DNA of 64,000 nt from positions 1 through 64,000 of the forward strand of contig DF237154.1 in NCBI GenBank assembly GCA_000708835.1, read 5' to 3'. The position numbers and the translations under genes were made by a program. This document shows positions 49,290-61,969 of this stretch, one piece after another (the first letter of the stretch is position 1; every line of letters begins with the position of its first letter). The stretch comes from Klebsormidium nitens. Its lineage: Eukaryota; Plantae; Klebsormidiophyceae. A model generated the notes under the pieces. The model was not told the origin of the DNA and did not search any database. It was given only the letters and a program-made list of their open reading frames with translations.

Positions 49290-52200
49290 ACCCAGAAGAT
49301 GCGCTTCTGAACATGCATGACATGCCCGACCTGATGGGCTACGACCACGTATGCCAATCATTGCAAAGCGCCCAGAAAGATCACCCCCGCGCTTTTTCCA
49401 CAGCCGGCAAGGTGCCCTGTTCCAACGACCCAAGCAGGCTCGCGCATCTGCACCACGTTTCTGCAGCCTTTCACACAGGCGGCCGGAACCCCCAGCTAGA
49501 AAACCCGAGCTGAAGCCGGTCCTGTCCCCTAGAGATCCCTAAATTCGCGGACGAGACGGTGAAGCAAAAGGTGCTCACGCTGGTTGCGGCAAGCCCCTCC
49601 TCACGGGTGAACGGAGCGTTTCTAGAAACCCTCGTAGAAACGCTCGACCCGACAGCGGGCGTTCGAGAAGCTCAAAAGAACAGACTGCCGGCCTTCTTCA
49701 CCCCGCTCGGGTCTTGTCGCCGCATCCAAGAGAACGGTCCAATCCTGCAAGACGGAACTAGACGGCCACATCCATACTCGGGGGAACAAGCAGGAGGTGA
49801 TTGGAATTACAAGCACGTCGCATATTAAGAACCACTCGGAGGAGTGCAGAGCGGAACGCGACCCCGAGCTTCTGGCGGATGTGCTCGCGGGCATTAGCCT
49901 CGAGACGCCCGAGCAAACCTGGAACCACGACTCTATACATCTAGCTTCGGATACGGGAATGAGTTTAGAGCTCTTCCTTTTCTCCGCGCGGCTTCGGACG
50001 CACAACGTGAACGAGAGCATCCGCGCGAAGCAGAAGCGGAGTCTCGAAAAAGTAGTTGCCGCGGGGATCCGTCGCGGGGGGCCGGACGTCCGGATCACGG
50101 AAGACCAGTACGGACGGTTCACGGTGGAAGCGATCGCTGCAGGGCCGCGGGCAGCCGCAGGCGCGGGGCAAGACGCGGGGCAGGTCGACGTGGTGGCCCC
50201 CGTCAAGCCGCCCACGCACGCGCCACGTGGCAGCCACCCGGGAGGCATCCAAGCGGGCGGTGCGTCTGAGAGTGAGGAGGCGACAGGGTGCAACGAGCCC
50301 GCCACCGACAGAGCCGCCCCGGTCAGCCCCTTCGACTCCGTGGCAGCAGCGCTGGAGGCTTTCGCCCACCTTCGGACAGTGTGCGGACAGCAGCGGTCCC
50401 CGGTGAATGCGTCCCGAGCAGTTGTCAGGCCCAGGAAGGTCGGACCGGGGCGGACGGTCGCCACGTCCTCGGGACCGGGGCGTACACCCGATTGGGTCTG
50501 TCGGGCTTTGCAGTGCCCGAAGCAGGTGAAGTCGACTGGGAGAATCTCCCTCTGGGGCTTGGCGCGGCGCTCCGGCGGGGAACGGCGGTGCCCGGTGATG
50601 ACGCCCCGGGCAGCAGGACACGGCGGATAGCGGACGGACGGGCGGTTGAGCGCGGAGCGGCGCTGCCCGATGATGAAGCCCTCGCACCCTGCGCAGACGA
50701 CGGAGTAGCCCTCAGGCGAGCGGCCGCACGTGGCGACCACGCCCCCGGCCGAACGGTGCGCCACGTGGCAGACAGTGGTGAAGCGGCGCTGACCAGTGCC
50801 AATGACGCCTCGATGGACGGCCGGTCGGCACGTGGAGGGCCGCTGCCTGATGAAGACGTCCTGGGCGCAGCCAGGCCATCAACGGTCCTTGTTGAGGACT
50901 TTCGGCGCCGGCTGCAGCCCTTGGAGGACAACCAAAACACTCCGCTTGAAGGTGAGGATGGCTTGCAGCTCCATTTTTCATCGTCTTTGTTGCCTCACAG
51001 ACTCTCGCTTCTGAAAATGAACCCCCGCACATCAATTTGAATTGATAACAGGAGGCTTATTCTAACAACTCTAGATGATCATTTCAATGCTTGTCAAACT
51101 TCATATTTCAGAGCGAGGGTCGTGTGACTTCAGTTTATGCAATTATGTGCACGTCAAAGATTGGATTTTTGTATTGCCCTCTTGCCAAAGTCGGTTTACT
51201 TCTTTACCCGCTACTTCTGACCAAAAAGGCAGCATGCTTTCTCTTGCTTTCCAAAGAGAGGATTTCACGTCATGAAGCTTTTGAAACAGAATTGCGTGCT
51301 AAGATTGTCCGTCTTCACTCTTCCATTCACTCTTCCGTTGTCAATGGAGCGCTATCACGAACTGCACAATATCCCTTCGGCAGGCCCTTTGATCGACTCG
51401 CCGCAGCAAGTCCGTCGACGTCCTCGCACCGGGAGGAGCCCGTTCTCGCCAGCCAGCAGCCAAACCGTCGCCCCAAAAGACGACCATGAATTCGGAGGGG
51501 GCCTAGACTTTTCCCAGCCCAACGAAGTCCCGAAGGTGCCTGGCAGGGGGTCTCTGCACACTCTGGCAGGCACCGTGCACAGTGAAACGAGGGTAGAGCG
51601 CGGCGCGCTGATGCCCGGTCGACAGGCAACCCCTTCCGGCTTCGCAGGCCACGTGGCAAACGGAACGACCTGGTTCGGGTGGGGTGCGGAGGAGCTGCTC
51701 GGTAATCAATTCCCAGGCGTGGACTCGATGCGCGGCGGAGCTGCTCAGTGGACAGCTCCTTGGTGGATGGGGCGCACCGGTGGTGCTCGACGGACAGGCT
51801 CGGGGTACAGTCTCAACCGGACGGGGCGCGGCGGGACTGCCCGGTAGACAGGCGTTGGACTCAATCGGGCGAAGCGCTGCGGAGGTGCGCGGTGGACAGC
51901 CCCAAAGCACGGACCAGTTCGAACGGGGAGCAGCGTAGTTGCCCGGTAGACAGCTTCCAGGCGCGGAATCAACCGGACGGGACAGAGCGGAGGTGCCCGG
52001 TGGACAGCTCCGGCCGGGTGGAGACCAGCTTGAACGCGCCGCGGCGGCGGTGCGCGGTCAACAGCCCCTTCGCGCGGACGCTGTTGGGCCACGCGCGGCG
52101 GGTATGCCCGGTGGACAGCCCCCGAGCGCACACTCGATCAGGAGGAGCGCCTCGGGGGTGCCCGGTAGACAGCCCTGGGTGCGGATGCGGTCGGACACGC

Positions 52201-54063
52201 CGCAGTGATCGTGCCCGGTGAAGAGGGCGCGGACTTCATCGCGCAGAGCACCACGAGGTGGCCCGGTGGGCAGCTCCCGGGCGCGAACGCGATCGATCGG
52301 GACACGCCGGTGGTGCCCGAAGGACAGGCCCCGGGCGAAAGCACCATCAGGTGCGAGGCTGTGGAGCTGCTCGGTGGACAGCTCCGTTTGGGCGGGGGCC
52401 AAAACTTGCGGGGCGCGGCGGGGGTGCGTGGTCGACCGTCGACCTTAGGCACAATGGCAACTGGGCAGAACGCGCCGGAGGAGCTCCCGGGCGCGCACTC
52501 CACCGGGCGAAGCGCCGCGGGCGTGCTCGGTAGACAGCCCCCTGGCGCAGCCTTCGCTGAACCGGGCACGGTCGAGGGCGGTCGATGCGGGGCGAGGGTG
52601 CCTGATGGACTGGCCCCCAGCTCGGAGTCAGTGCGGGGCTCGGCGCGGATTCCATCATTTTTGTCGAAGAGTTCCGGAGACGGCTGCAACCATTGGATGA
52701 CTTGGAAGAATCTGGGCAACATGAAAACGTGGCACCGTCACCACAAGGTACGTAACAAGATATTTGTCTGCCAACCATTCTTTCAACATCGAGGACAGAC
52801 CTCGGCTGTTTTTATAAGTTGTCCGTTGGAGCTTTCATACTTTGTAATGCAATCCGATTTCTTGCCGCCTGTCCAAGAATAGATTCACGAAGGCTTTGCT
52901 CAGCTTGATGCGTCTGCAATTTAGTATCTTGGCATGACTTTCTTGTCCGAAAGCTTCTAACGAGGATTGAAGATGTGCATCTCGTCGTAGGCTTTAATCT
53001 GCTCATGGCACGAAGCGACCAAGACCTTGCGCAATCAAAGCAGAGTAAAATAACGGTCGTGAACGTATCTGTTTTTTCCTACTAATCTTCGATCATGTTC
53101 TACTCATGGCCGCGATTGTCTTGGAACGAACTGATCTGAAGGTTTATCTTCTCCAGATTGGTGTAACAGCTTTCAAAATGCAATCTCTCTTGATCAGGAT
53201 CTTCCGCAGCTGAGTCGCCCCAACAAGTTCGACAACGGCCGCGCCTTGGGAGAAGCCCATTCTCCCCCGATGCCAGTCGAGACGACATTTTAGAAGTCTG
53301 CCGCGACCTTAGCCGCCCTTTCACAAACTTCTACCAGATGGATCCGCAAGGACAAGCCGCGTGGCGGGCTAACCGTAACCGAAAACATCCGGAGCGCTCA
53401 CCCATGAAGTCAAATAAACTCAGAACGGGGACTCGGAGTTCAGCTCGAGACGTTTCAGATCCCGATGATGAGGGAGAAGGGGGTCTTGAGCGCCCGGACT
53501 TTGTGGGCGAGTTGAGCCCTCGCATGGCGCAGATCGGTCAGCTTCTCGGGGGCACGTGGCCACTGTTCGAGGAGCACGCGCAGAGCGAGAGTCACCTGGG
53601 AACCGGTTTGAGCGGTCAATTGATGAGCCGGGAGCGCGGAACGGGGACCCGGGGTCTGGTAAGTGTACGAAGAGGCCTAAAAGCCCCGCCACCTGAGCTT
53701 CGAAGGACATCAGCGAGAGAAGCCGCAGCTGATGGAACTCAAAGGACCAGCGGGCCACTTTGGCGGCCAAACGAACCACGGCGGCCGGGCAACGACAATC
53801 TGGAAGCTGCGGAGGGCGCCCTTTCATTGAGGAAGAGTCCTCTGGGAGGATCGAGTACCGGCGACGCGCCGGCCGCAGCGAGTTCCGGAAACCCTTCGCA
53901 CGGTCCCAAGGCTTCCGGCTCAAGCCTCCCGGAAGGTGCCACGTGGCAGCTCGGAGTGGCGGAGGAGGGTTTCGATGCAGTAGTCGTGACAGCGCCTCTC
54001 GATCAAGGCCCTGACATAGACGTTGCTTCCATTATTGCCGCTTACAACTCTGGACGAGGGTAG
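49290..54063 (+). pseudogene. Long decayed gene of unknown family: globular-looking N-terminus, low-complexity and repeat-rich C-terminus
   Basis: Coding-like frames linked across lesions: TGA 49511-13, shift ~49795, 11-nt duplication ~50383-50400, shift ~51700-51750, TAG 51936-38 and shift ~52200. Splice-like sites at 49289, 50951 and 52748. Last open frame ~53200-54063. Confidence 0.55.
51690..52570 (+). repeat. Degenerate ~54-bp (48-57) coding minisatellite, ~15 units, peptide consensus PG(G/R)QxPGAxSxxRxAA(E/G)V
   Basis: c(c/g)cggt(g/a)gacagc recurs, for example at 51843, 51891, 51945, 51999 and 52056. Confidence 0.8.
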
Positions 54064-56321
54064 GGCCGCGCTTTGGAAGTCCCACGACATGAAGATGAAG
54101 TATTTTGTAACGTGGTGCAGCAACCAAGTGAGAGTTTTGTAATCTTCCACTTATTCAAGGATACAACTAATGTCAAAAGCCAGGTCATCGGCAAAGTAAC
54201 GAACTCCGATAAACTGTCTGGGAACGTTCATTTTGGTCAAGACGCCCATGGGAGGCCCAAAAGGTTCAAAATGGAACGGATTAATGGATGCGGCCCCATC
54301 AGATGCATCTTTTTGCCACTCTTCATATTGGTACGTACATGCATGACGATGCAGTCTTCATTTGAGTCCTATGACCGTATTTGTAGAATTGAATTGAGCG
54401 TGCTTGAACCTGTTTCTTTTTCGCAAGAAAACGAGATTTGATGAAAGACATCTGATGATGCAATAAAATGAAAGACTTGAGCTACTTAGTCGATTGGTTT
54501 GGCATATATGCAATTGATATATGCTCGGCGGCCAAGGTGCATTTGAAGTTGTGTAGTACGTCTTGCATATACCATGCCGTAATTTGCATGCATGCTATAG
54601 CATGTATACATCTGGCACCCGTCCTAGCATGCGCGCGGCTCACTGGCTGGTAGATTGCAGCCGCATGTTTGTAAGGCGTAATCAGGTCGTCACCACCACT
54701 AATTCTGGGCGAGTCATACCCAGTGACTTCACCGTTGTATAGCTTGCCCGGCCTTAGCCGGCAATCGTAAAATGGCATCAAAAGATCGTACACGTAGATG
54801 TACACGCTAGCTCGGTACAACAGCGGTGCGTCATAAGAATACATGCACACGTGATTCCGATCTTATTTAGACCATTGGTTGACGGGCATCCTGCTAAGCG
54901 GCCGTTGCAAGTGAATTGGTCATGCACGCAGGCGCCACGTCTATGTGGTCTGAATAGGAAGCAAGCAGAAACGAAATACAGTGTCAAGTATTCATGGGAG
55001 GCTCATACAGAGGCAAAGAGTCTGGTCCTGCCCTCACACCGTACAATCACGCGCACCAACCTCTGTTTTATGCTGCACCGTCAGACTTTCTGCAAAATCT
55101 AAAAGCGGTCATCCACAACTGGATTGCGATGCGGTCTTTCCGGTTGGCTCCTGTGAATCGACACTGTACCTTGACCAGAAACACTTGAATGACTTCAACT
55201 TACAACATGCTAACAACGTAGTACGTCCGGTGCGATGTACTTTGGCTGCTTATAACATCGAGTATCCCCATAGTTGGGAAAGCAACGTACCCGATACTAC
55301 CAGCTTGAAGCGGTTGCCTGTCAGCGCTTTCGTTCGAGCCGCTCACTCGACCGCAGACTGTCCAGATAACTTAAAATGGAACCCTACGAAATATTGTTAA
55401 CTACTGTACAGGTGCGCGTCCAGTTCCGCCGGTGCACTTCGAGTCCGCCCTCCATCTGCTGTCGGAATGGAAAGACGGACGGGGTCAGAAGGAACGTGAA
55501 TCGAAGAACCTTCAGAGATCGACTGCCCAGCAGATACAGCCAAGTCGTCGAGGGAGAAAGAAAGCGCTGTCAATGGCGTGGCGTTGTGATCCAGTGCGAG
55601 ATCGCTCAAGGAGCCGAATTGAGCGGGCGGGAAGGCGGGGAGCACCACGTGGCAAATGGCACCGTGGGCGGTTAACGACCTTCTTAAAGAAAGTGCAGCA
55701 TGTCCGCTCAGGAAGCATGGACGGCTCGAGAAAGACGACCGTTTGAAAAACCGAACTGAAAGACAGGGCGGCCACAAAACCGGCAGGCAAAGCATTCTCT
55801 TCGGATACCAAGGGCTCAACGCTATGGAAGGAATGGTGTGGCAACCTCACTTGCGATGGGTTTTCTTGGCAGGCCGCCCTTTACTGCCATTTTGGGAAAG
55901 GGAAAGAAAGCAAACGAAAAAAAGTACACAGTTTGCTACCTCCTCACCTTGCTTTCAAATTGCTGGTCTAGCGCTCTGTAACGCGCAATTGACAAACTGG
56001 CTCCGGGTTCGAGCCGTCAAACCAGCGTCGTCGTCCACTCTCGACGGAATCAGATACAGTTGAAACCTGCAAGGGATCAAACAGCGACGTTACTGGTAGT
56101 GACCTTCTCGTGTGAGCTGACTAAAAGGAGGTCATAACCTTTCTTTTCACACGGAATGAGGACTATTAGCAAAGACGTGGCAAACTACGCATCTTGTCAG
56201 TCCCCGCTCTTCTCTGAGGAGGACGCCAAGCAACGTGGTACGACAATTTCAAAAGGAACAAAAGGCTGCGCGCTCGATTAAGCCCAAACCTGCGTTAGTG
56301 CCGCACCTCACCTTGTTGCAA

Positions 56322-59300
56322 CTATTCCTGACCGGATAATAGCTTCATCAGCTTCGAGCGTTTCAATCGTTCTTTCACAATTGACCCCATCGAAAAAGAT
56401 GACACTTCCGCTTGCTGAAAAGTCGAAGGTTCGCTGCCCTTCCACCAGTCCTTACATTTTCGTTTGCCCCTTCCCCCTTTCGTCGCCCACGTGTTGCCCA
56501 TCACTGAGAGCAAGAAAAACCGAAGATTCTGTTTCCCTCACCTCGACGAGTCGCCGCCCGAGCTTTCGTTGCCCGAGCGGGCCCAACCTCGGCGTCGACG
56601 TGCCCTCGGAGCTCTTGCGGGAGGCCCCAGTCGGGTTCTCCTGGCTGCCTCCCAGCGGTGTTCCGGCCCCCCGGCTTTCGGTGAGGAACGCGGGGCGCTC
56701 AGCGGGGGGCTCCATCTCCGGACGTATTATACAATCTGCAACAAGTGAGTACAGTATGCAACGCGTGATTCGGGTTGTGAACTAGGTCCGTCCCTCGAGG
56801 AGAACACTTAAAAGAAAGAGAGAAGGAGCAGGAGGGTGACCATGTCCATTGAAGGGTCTGCCAATCGGGTATGACGCTTGTTAAGACTCCTTGCGGACGT
56901 GAATGCATCAAAGAGCAGGACGGCGTGTCAGATAGTGTTTGAGACATGGGCGCGGCAGAGCTGACTGTCAACTGGTCAAAGAAGCTTGGCACATTGACCA
57001 AGCCTGGAAATAGCTTAACTACAGGATCCGGGGTCCGAGAACGCCACCGGTTTACTGACCAGGTCACGCTTACCAGACGCGCATCGCAAAAGCTCTAGGA
57101 ACGTGGGCTGCGGCAGGAGGACACGTGGCAGGCACCAAAGCAGCGCGCGCTAGCTGCCATACCGCGCGCAGCGCCTCGAGCCGCCCCCTTCGGACTGACG
57201 ACCAGAGCGCGACTGCGTCGGTCCCGCTTTGCGCGAGGCGTTTGGAGGGGGATCCCACTGGCGACCCTTCGGAAGCGGCGGGGCTGCCAGGACGTCGACG
57301 AGCGTGGAAGAGAGAGTGGCCTGGAGGTTCTCTTCAACCCGCCGGAGCGCCGCACCAGGGACAGCACGAACCGGTCGGCTCCGAGGGCCTCCCAGTCATG
57401 CTTGTGTCCGCGCGCGGGCGACAAGAATGTGAATACTCCCTGGAACAATAGAGACTAATCAGAGGCTTCGAGGAGGTTGAGCAGAGAATAAGGAGGATTC
57501 ATGGAGACACCACAAACATATGCTACGCACACGTCATGCAGAGCTTGAGCAAAGATTAAGCGAAGAAGACGCATCGACTTAGCACTTGTGTGTTCATGGT
57601 CAAAATCTGAAGAAGTTGCACCACACAGACGGAAATGACGGCCAGAACTCCCTTCGAAAGGATTTTTACCAACCACAGCGCAATTCAAAACGATACTCAT
57701 AAGATAAGGACATGGAGAGGCACCGCACCACGGCCAAGCAGCTTTGGGGCCCCGGTGAGCTGGCGCAGCTCCCGGGTTCATGCACTCGTTGGGCCCTTGA
57801 AAATCGGGCGTTTGCTGCGTAGGGCTCCCCAGGATCCCGCCTGCCTCGTCCGGGGCGGCCTGCGCAGCACGTTTCGCCTCTGCTTCCAGCTCTTGGAGGC
57901 GCCGCCCGAGCGCCCTGGCGGCCGCGAAGCCCTCCTCGGTTGCTCGACGACCTTTCATCTCGACCTAGAGACCGAAAAAGGCGGGTCGGAGGCTTTCCAT
58001 TGATCGAAGCCCGCTCTCCGCCTTCCTTCACATATGAGATGCAAAAGCGGAAATGAGTACTACGGCGGCTTTGCTTCGTATACATTGGACGGGTTCAGAC
58101 AGAGATGTGAACTGCTAAGGCGATAGGGATTAAATCTACAGCCTCATGGCGACCAGCACTCTACTCATCTTGGCCTCCGGAAACGACGAGTCCAGCCTGC
58201 CAGGATAACACTTCTTCAACCGGGCACCACTCTCAGAAAGTTAAGCACCGCAAAAACATCTCACGACTTTGCTTAGCAGCTCAAGATGGTACAGCGGCTG
58301 ACCTGCCTCGAACGAAAAGCTACCCAAGCATCAGACCCAAAAGGCGTACGACAACCACACTAGGTCTGATCAAACCTGGCCCGCCTAACCCAAACCTAAT
58401 TCGATTGCAAACATTTGCCGGCTGCGCAGAGATTGGACCGGTTGACGACTTGGATGCCGATTACCGAAGGACCAAAGTCTGCGTCATGCATTTGGCGTCG
58501 GGAACAGTCAGGCGGAAAGGTTCAATCGACTGTGCGATAAGAATGGGAGTCCCCCGCGAGCCACTTCCCTACCTGGCCCGCAGCTGCTCGACTCCATTGG
58601 GCGAGCTGCCCCTCGAGCGCGTACTTCTCCTGCCGCGCAAACTGCAGCTCCCCCCGCCATCGCCCGCAGCTCTCTCTCTCCGACCACGCGCATCGCCTCC
58701 GCCGCGTCGGCCAATTGTCGGGCCCACGCCTCGGGGTTTGGACAAGTTGCTATTTTGGGGCCCGGGGGCCTGTCCCCACCCGGAGAGAGGGTTCGGTGTC
58801 GCGAGTGGGGGGAGAAAGGGGTCGGGGTTGGGGGGTGGTCGTGGTGGAAGGCGTGGTGCGCGAGCACTTGGAGGCGAGCCCTGAGGGAATGGACTTCGCG
58901 TTCTTTGAGTGCGCGGTACCTGTAGGAAAGTACGGTCGTCGGTCAGTGGACATTCAAGAGGAGGCGGCTTTAGAACAAGCATTCCTTTTACAGCGTGCAC
59001 ACTTGAAGCCTTCAAGAAGGAACGAGTCGGAAAAGCCAACAGAACGCGCTACAAGACTGGAAGGTTTTGGGAGGAGTTTAAGGACGCGACATCGACCAAG
59101 CGGGACGGAGATAATCGGATTCTAAGGCAGAAAAGCATACTGCTGAACTCATGAAGAGCAACACGCTCATAAGCAGAGGGTTTCGTTGAGAAGGAAGGGC
59201 AGCAGTCCCCGCACTTAGTGCACATCCTCCTCGAACTCCGCTACTTCGTCCACGGCACCCGTCCCGCTCGCAGTGATTCCGCTTCCTCACCTTTTGCTGG

Positions 59301-60350
59301 AATCGCGTCTCGTGGAGGACCACAAGCTCCTCGAGCTGTGTTAGTTTCCGGCGGCTCGTGGCCGCTCTTCCTGGGCGGCCGGCGCCGCCTGAAACAGGGC
59401 CTTTTGGTGGTCTGCTTCCAAAGTGTGCAGGGCCTTTGGGGCTGACCTCACGTGCTGGTGCGCCAGGTAGCACTCGGCGGTCTTGCTCTGGAGCTGGTCT
59501 TCGAGACTGCGAGGAGAAGGATTCGAGGTCGGGCAAGCATTGCATCCAATACGAAGTCTGGATTATTTGGGGTCCAAAGAGCATCGTAGCTGGTTTCCCT
59601 GTGACTTTTAAAGTTGATTAGGTCACGCTCTTGAAAAGCTGTGATCGCTATCCAGATCTCGACGTTCTTATCAATAAAGTAACCAGATCTCCGCACTGCT
59701 GACGTCATACACCCACTTCCAACGGCCTTGTGATCCTGTTCTCACCGTTGAAGTGGTTCCTTTCTCGATTGTATGCTCTATAGCAGCATATGTCCTTTCC
59801 GAGGCTGGTTGTATGTAAACTCTGGTTGCGTCCTCGTATACTGTCCACCATAATCCTATACATGCTGAGTTGAAGGGATCCTCACCTCCATTTTCGGCCC
59901 CCTTGGAGCACTAGTTCTTCGAGTTGTCTAAACGAGCTGTACTCTTGTGAATACCAATACTCAGTTGACTACGTAAGCATACAACTGGAGGAAGAAACTA
60001 ACTGTTCAGTGCCCACCTAGTAGCCTCCGTATCCAGCTCGGCCCCCACCCCGCGCGCCTTGTTAAGCGTCTGCCCCAGGATCCGCTGCACCGCAACGGCA
60101 CTCTTCTTCCAGCGCATCCATGCGCAGGGCCGCCGCCAGCTGCTTGCCCGCGGCCCCACATCCCAGTCCATCCGCATGCGCGCCCGCCAGCTCCCCCTCC
60201 AGCCGCTCAAACTCGTTCCTCGGTTTATTGACTTCTTCTAGAGCCGAGATGTGCACGGTCTGGTCCTTGGCGCTGTGTTCTCACGAGTAGGACGCTCGCG
60301 AGGACGAGTGTGAGCGGGCGCCCCCGATCACGATGACCTGCTGACCAACG
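56322..60350 (-). pseudogene. Decayed multi-exon coiled-coil protein gene
   Basis: Exon-like pieces: ALEEVNKPRNEFERLEGELAG / WMRWKKSAVAVQR (60.0-60.3 kb); LEDQLQSKTAECYL..LHTLEADHQKAL / RKLTQLEELVVLHETRFQQK (59.3-59.5 kb); YRALKEREVHSLRARLQ..ERELRAMAG / ELQFARQEKYALEGQLAQW (58919-58573); ARALGRRLQELEAEAKR (57.7-57.96 kb). They are joined only across frameshifts (~60121, ~59365, G6 at 58650-55) and a TGA at 60281-83. Confidence 0.55.
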
Positions 60351-61969
60351 AAAACAGCCTGATGGAACGCCCGTCCCTTGGAGAAAGACCACGAAGTATT
60401 TCATGAGGTATCCCGGCGGCAACAAAGTTTCGTCCCACAATTAGAATTGCGGGTTCCTTGAAAGTTGCATCAGCCCTGAAATTAGTTTGAAGGTGCCAAC
60501 CCAAGAACCTTCTTGAGTCAAGCACAGGATCACCATACTCTGACAAAGATAGAATTTGATTGAGACTGAAGTACTGTCTGATTCAAGCTTCAAACCTCTC
60601 ATGAGAGCCAAACTGTGCATCTGCCTTCATGTTGGGCAGGGTGGGCTAGGCTGGGTGCTGTATCTCTAGACCATCAAATTGAGCGCAGCATTGAAAGCTT
60701 GACCCACCACTCGGCGATAGAAGTAAGTCCACAAGCGCCGCTGACTTCGCAAGCGGCTTCCGCTCATTGACATTCCAAAACCTTTGATTGTCCCCCTTAT
60801 TTATCAGCCACTGTCCGAATGAGCCACTGGAGATGTACCTGGCCCTCTTTGAAAGTGATGGTCTCTTTGACAAACAAGCCTCTGGGGTGAGCTACATCTA
60901 CTCGAAGACAAAGATCCAGCCCTGAACACCAGAAGCCCTTTCTCCATTTCTCTGTAGCTTCATGTCCAACATCTTACCTTCTCAGGCAGGTCGTGCGTGA
61001 CGCCACGCTGTCTTCAGCCACGGAGTCTCAAAGCTTCTTTCAGGAAGTGTGCTGCTATGCAGCTCACGGCAGCAGTACGAGAATAATAAAGGAGAAGGGC
61101 TGGATTGGTCTTATCGAACGCTACAGCTTTCATTGATGGCCTGTAGCATCCGCGAGAGCTCATGCGAGTTGTCTTTGTAGCTTCTTTCAAACTGATGTCT
61201 CTAATTCAGCGCCAGAATCTTTTTAGTAGAGAGCTGGTGGTCAGAGGCTGCAATCCTAGCTTCCTAGTATCTATCATGCTCCGCCGGCGGTCCCTTCGCC
61301 GAAGCAATGCTATGAGGGGCACTTTTACAGTTTGGTCTCCGAGAGTCCAACCCCTGATCTTTGGCAAACTGCCTTTCGCAACAAGCTTTCTACCACATTG
61401 CAGAACAACACAAAGAGCACTTCTGCGCTATGCGGCCGCTCCATGCATGCAGCCGCCTTCTCAGTGCGACAGTGCCACCCTCGTGCCACCATGAGGGAGA
61501 GAGGATGATCCCTCAGTCTTTATAAGCTATAGTTACGGATGACCGGCTGCTGTCAGCTAGCTTGTATACGTATATTGAGAGTATACCGGTATAGGTACTT
61601 ACAAGCATGTAGAAATGTAGATCATTCCAATGCGTTGGTATACGGTACATTAAACTTAAAGTTCATGATATAAGGGCATACGGATAAGCGCTTTCTCGAG
61701 GCCGCCTCCATGGAGAAGACTGTGACGCTTCACAGCTTCTTGAAAGAGGAGCCAAGTCCAGGACTTTGCTCGACGATCTAGAGCGAAGTTGCAGACGAAT
61801 CCTGATAAAATTCTGCGCTATATATTTTATCATTCATCAATCATGCAGTGTCGTGCAAAAGAGTAGCCAAGGTAACTGAAGCCTAAGGTTAAAGTAGAAT
61901 TGAGGTCCACCACTCTTAAGCTTACATCTTACATTCATTCAGTCATCTGAGAGAGCACATTGGAAGGAG

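Noticed and set aside
51690-52570. CRISPR-like array
   Set aside because: Units are degenerate along their whole length with no constant repeat plus unique spacer. The context is eukaryotic and there are no cas genes.
54480-54930. Cluster of CATGCA (RY) motifs as a B3-factor enhancer
   Set aside because: There is no clearly associated intact gene start, and similar CATG-rich patches occur elsewhere (7.6-8.5 kb), so it looks compositional.
55950-56030. tRNA-like T-loop GGTTCGAGCC
   Set aside because: I could not fold an acceptor stem, D-arm or anticodon arm around it.
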